From an uncultured Planctomycetota bacterium (lineage in GTDB: Bacteria > Planctomycetota > Planctomycetia > Isosphaerales > Isosphaeraceae), in the NCBI GenBank assembly GCA_963845755.1, contig CAWJTV010000024.1:64001-128000 (forward strand): 64,000 nucleotides of DNA, given 5' to 3'. The notes under the pieces are model-generated. The model did not search any database. It saw nothing but the letters and a program-made list of their open reading frames with translations, and was not told where the DNA came from. Made by a program: the position numbers and the translations under genes. Positions 62,292 to 64,000 of the stretch are shown piece by piece; positions within the stretch are counted from its first letter, which is position 1, and every line of letters starts with the position of its first letter.

Positions 62292-62388
62292 CGACCCTTC
62301 CCCCAAGGCGCCGGTCGTCAATTATCGCGTGGTACCGGCAGACTGCTTTAGCCTGGGCATCCTGTTGTTCACCCCCAGGAGCCCCAGC

Positions 62389-62802
62389 ATGATACCCAAG
62401 CGCATTCTGGTTCCCCACCGACTGCGGCGGCCTCCCGCAACCGGTTGGTCCTGGCTCGACGGTCGCTTCGTGCGCGAGCACATGGACCAGCTCTCACGCG
62501 AGGCCGTGCTGTTGTACTTCTTTCTGTCAGCCGTGGCCGATGTCAACGGCCTGTCCTTCTACAGCGATGGCACCCTGGCCGCTCGGTTGCGCATCCCCCT
62601 GCCCAGCTTGCTCCAGGCCCGTGACGAGCTTTTGGCCTACGACCTGATCGCCTACGAACCGCCGTTAACCCAGGTCCTTTCCTTGCCTCCGCGCTGTCAA
62701 CGCCGCAGATCCGAGCCCGGCGGCGGGCTGATGCAACTGGGCGATATCCTGCGCCAGGCTATCGCGTCGACACCTCTTGACAAGGAAAGGAGTCAGCCAT
62801 GA
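62389..62802 (+). CDS. winged-HTH-like hypothetical protein coupled to istA
   Basis: RBS AGGAG; WSWLD.RF, LLYFFL.AVAD.NGLSFYSD.TLAARL. The stop overlaps the istA start (ATGA). Confidence 0.75.
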   Translation: MIPKRILVPHRLRRPPATGWSWLDGRFVREHMDQLSREAVLLYFFLSAVADVNGLSFYSDGTLAARLRIPLPSLLQARDELLAYDLIAYEPPLTQVLSLPPRCQRRRSEPGGGLMQLGDILRQAIASTPLDKERSQP

Positions 62803-64000
62803 AGGTGGCCTTGTGGGCCGAGATTCGTCGCCTGGCCGAGATCGAGAACCTCTCCGCTCGGGCCATCGCCGGGCGACTTCACTGTTCCTGCCGCACGGTC
62901 GCTCGAGCGCTCCAGTTGCAGCAGCCTCCCACTCACCGCGACCCCTGCCGTGTCAGTTCCTTGGACCCCTACAAGTCCAAGATCGACGCCCTGCTGGCCC
63001 AGTATCCCGAGCTGTCGGCGGTGCGCGTCCACGAGGAGATCGCTCGCGGTCCCAATGGCTACACCGGCAGCGTGATTACCGTCCGCCGCTACGTGCGGTC
63101 CCTTCGCCCCGCGCGGTCGCGTCTATCAAGAAGTCCACTACGAACCGGCTCAGGCCATGCAGGTCGACTGGGGCGAATGCGGCCACGTCCAACTCGGGAC
63201 CACGACCCGCAAGGTCTCGGTCTTGGTGGCCGTCCTCTGCTACAGCCGGATGACCTACATCGAATTCACCCTCTCGCAGCGCAAGGCGGAATTCTATCGC
63301 GGCCTGGTGCACGCCCTGGAGTTCTTTGGTGGCAGTCCCCGTGCCATCATCTTCGACAACTTGAAAGCGGCCGTGATCAATGGCTCCGGCCGCGCGGCCT
63401 GCTTCCATCCCGAGTTCCTGGCGCTCTGCGGCCACTACTACTTGCAGCCGATCGCCTGCCAACGGCGCGATCCGGAATCCCAGGGGATTGTCGAAGGGGG
63501 CGTGCGCTACGTGAAACGAAACGCCCTGGCCGGTCGCAGCGACGAGCTCGTCCGCTTCGAGGACTACCTCGCGCTGGCACCCCGGTGGCGCGACGAGATT
63601 GCCAACGTCCGGATTCATGAGACGACTCGAGAACGCCCGGTAGACCGGTTTCATCACGAGCGATCGCGGCTCCGCGCACTTCCCACGATCCCGTTTGACA
63701 CCGCCGAGATCGTGCTGGCGGTTGCCAGTCCCCATGCGCGGGTCAAGTTCGATGCGAACCGTTACTCGGTGCCGCCGCACCTGGCGCGGCAGACGGTCAC
63801 GATTCGCGCCGACGGTCAGGAAGTCGGCATCGTGCACCAGGGCCAAGTCGTGGCCCGGCATTCCCGCTGCTACGGGCGCCGGCAACTGATCGTGCTGCCC
63901 GAGCACCGCACCGCGGCACTGAGTATGGGCCGGCGGTCGCCGAGCTCGGCGCTGGAACAGGCCTTTGATGCCCTCGGCCCCGAGGCTCGGCAGTTCCACC
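62799..64000 (+). CDS. istA: IS21-family transposase IstA (partial; frameshift near 63113)
   Basis: N-terminal HTH, LDPYK, QVDWG, YSR, FFGGSP..IIFDNLK, GIVE and NRYSVP. Confidence 0.93.

Larger units (their letters stand above)
61409..64000 (+). mobile_element. IS21-family element with two extra upstream genes (runs off the right edge)
   Basis: Starts TGTTGGGACCG where DUF1670-B breaks; subterminal repeats; istA downstream. Confidence 0.75.

Noticed and set aside
63100..63125. Programmed frameshift in istA
   Set aside because: No slippery motif; it matches the window-wide indel background.

Overview
High-GC window, most likely from a planctomycete (Isosphaeraceae-like; inferred from protein families and repeat types, not from a search). 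About 20 single-base frameshifts in otherwise intact genes point to a low-accuracy long-read consensus. Layout: (1) 1-5 kb, chromosome-like genes: a diheme cytochrome/beta-helix lipoprotein pair, a flavin-binding protein and gpmA, plus a 24-unit heptamer array. (2) About 5-55 kb, a large surface-glycan locus: carbamoyltransferase cassette, EpsI, exosortase, Wzc-like kinase, two partly redundant heptose-activation modules with their own transaldolase, many glycosyltransferases, Wzm/Wzt, a ligase-TPR fusion, a sulfotransferase, methyltransferases, a priming transferase, an FHA protein and a roughly 1430-aa TPR protein. (3) 55.1-57.4 kb, a plasmid-type replicon: helically phased 17-bp iteron-like repeats, an AT-rich hairpin and an RPA-family initiator. 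(4) 58-64 kb, a nested mobile-element stack: a REP-like repeat cut by a putative element made of two DUF1670-like genes, itself hit by a 1705-bp IS and by an IS21 element carrying two extra genes. The best candidates for undescribed biology are the DUF1670 element, the extended IS21 operon, the replicon-linked exosortase/glycan system and recurring AT-rich synonymous-codon patches inside genes. No tRNA, rRNA or CRISPR array was recognised. Family assignments come from motif recognition, not database searches.
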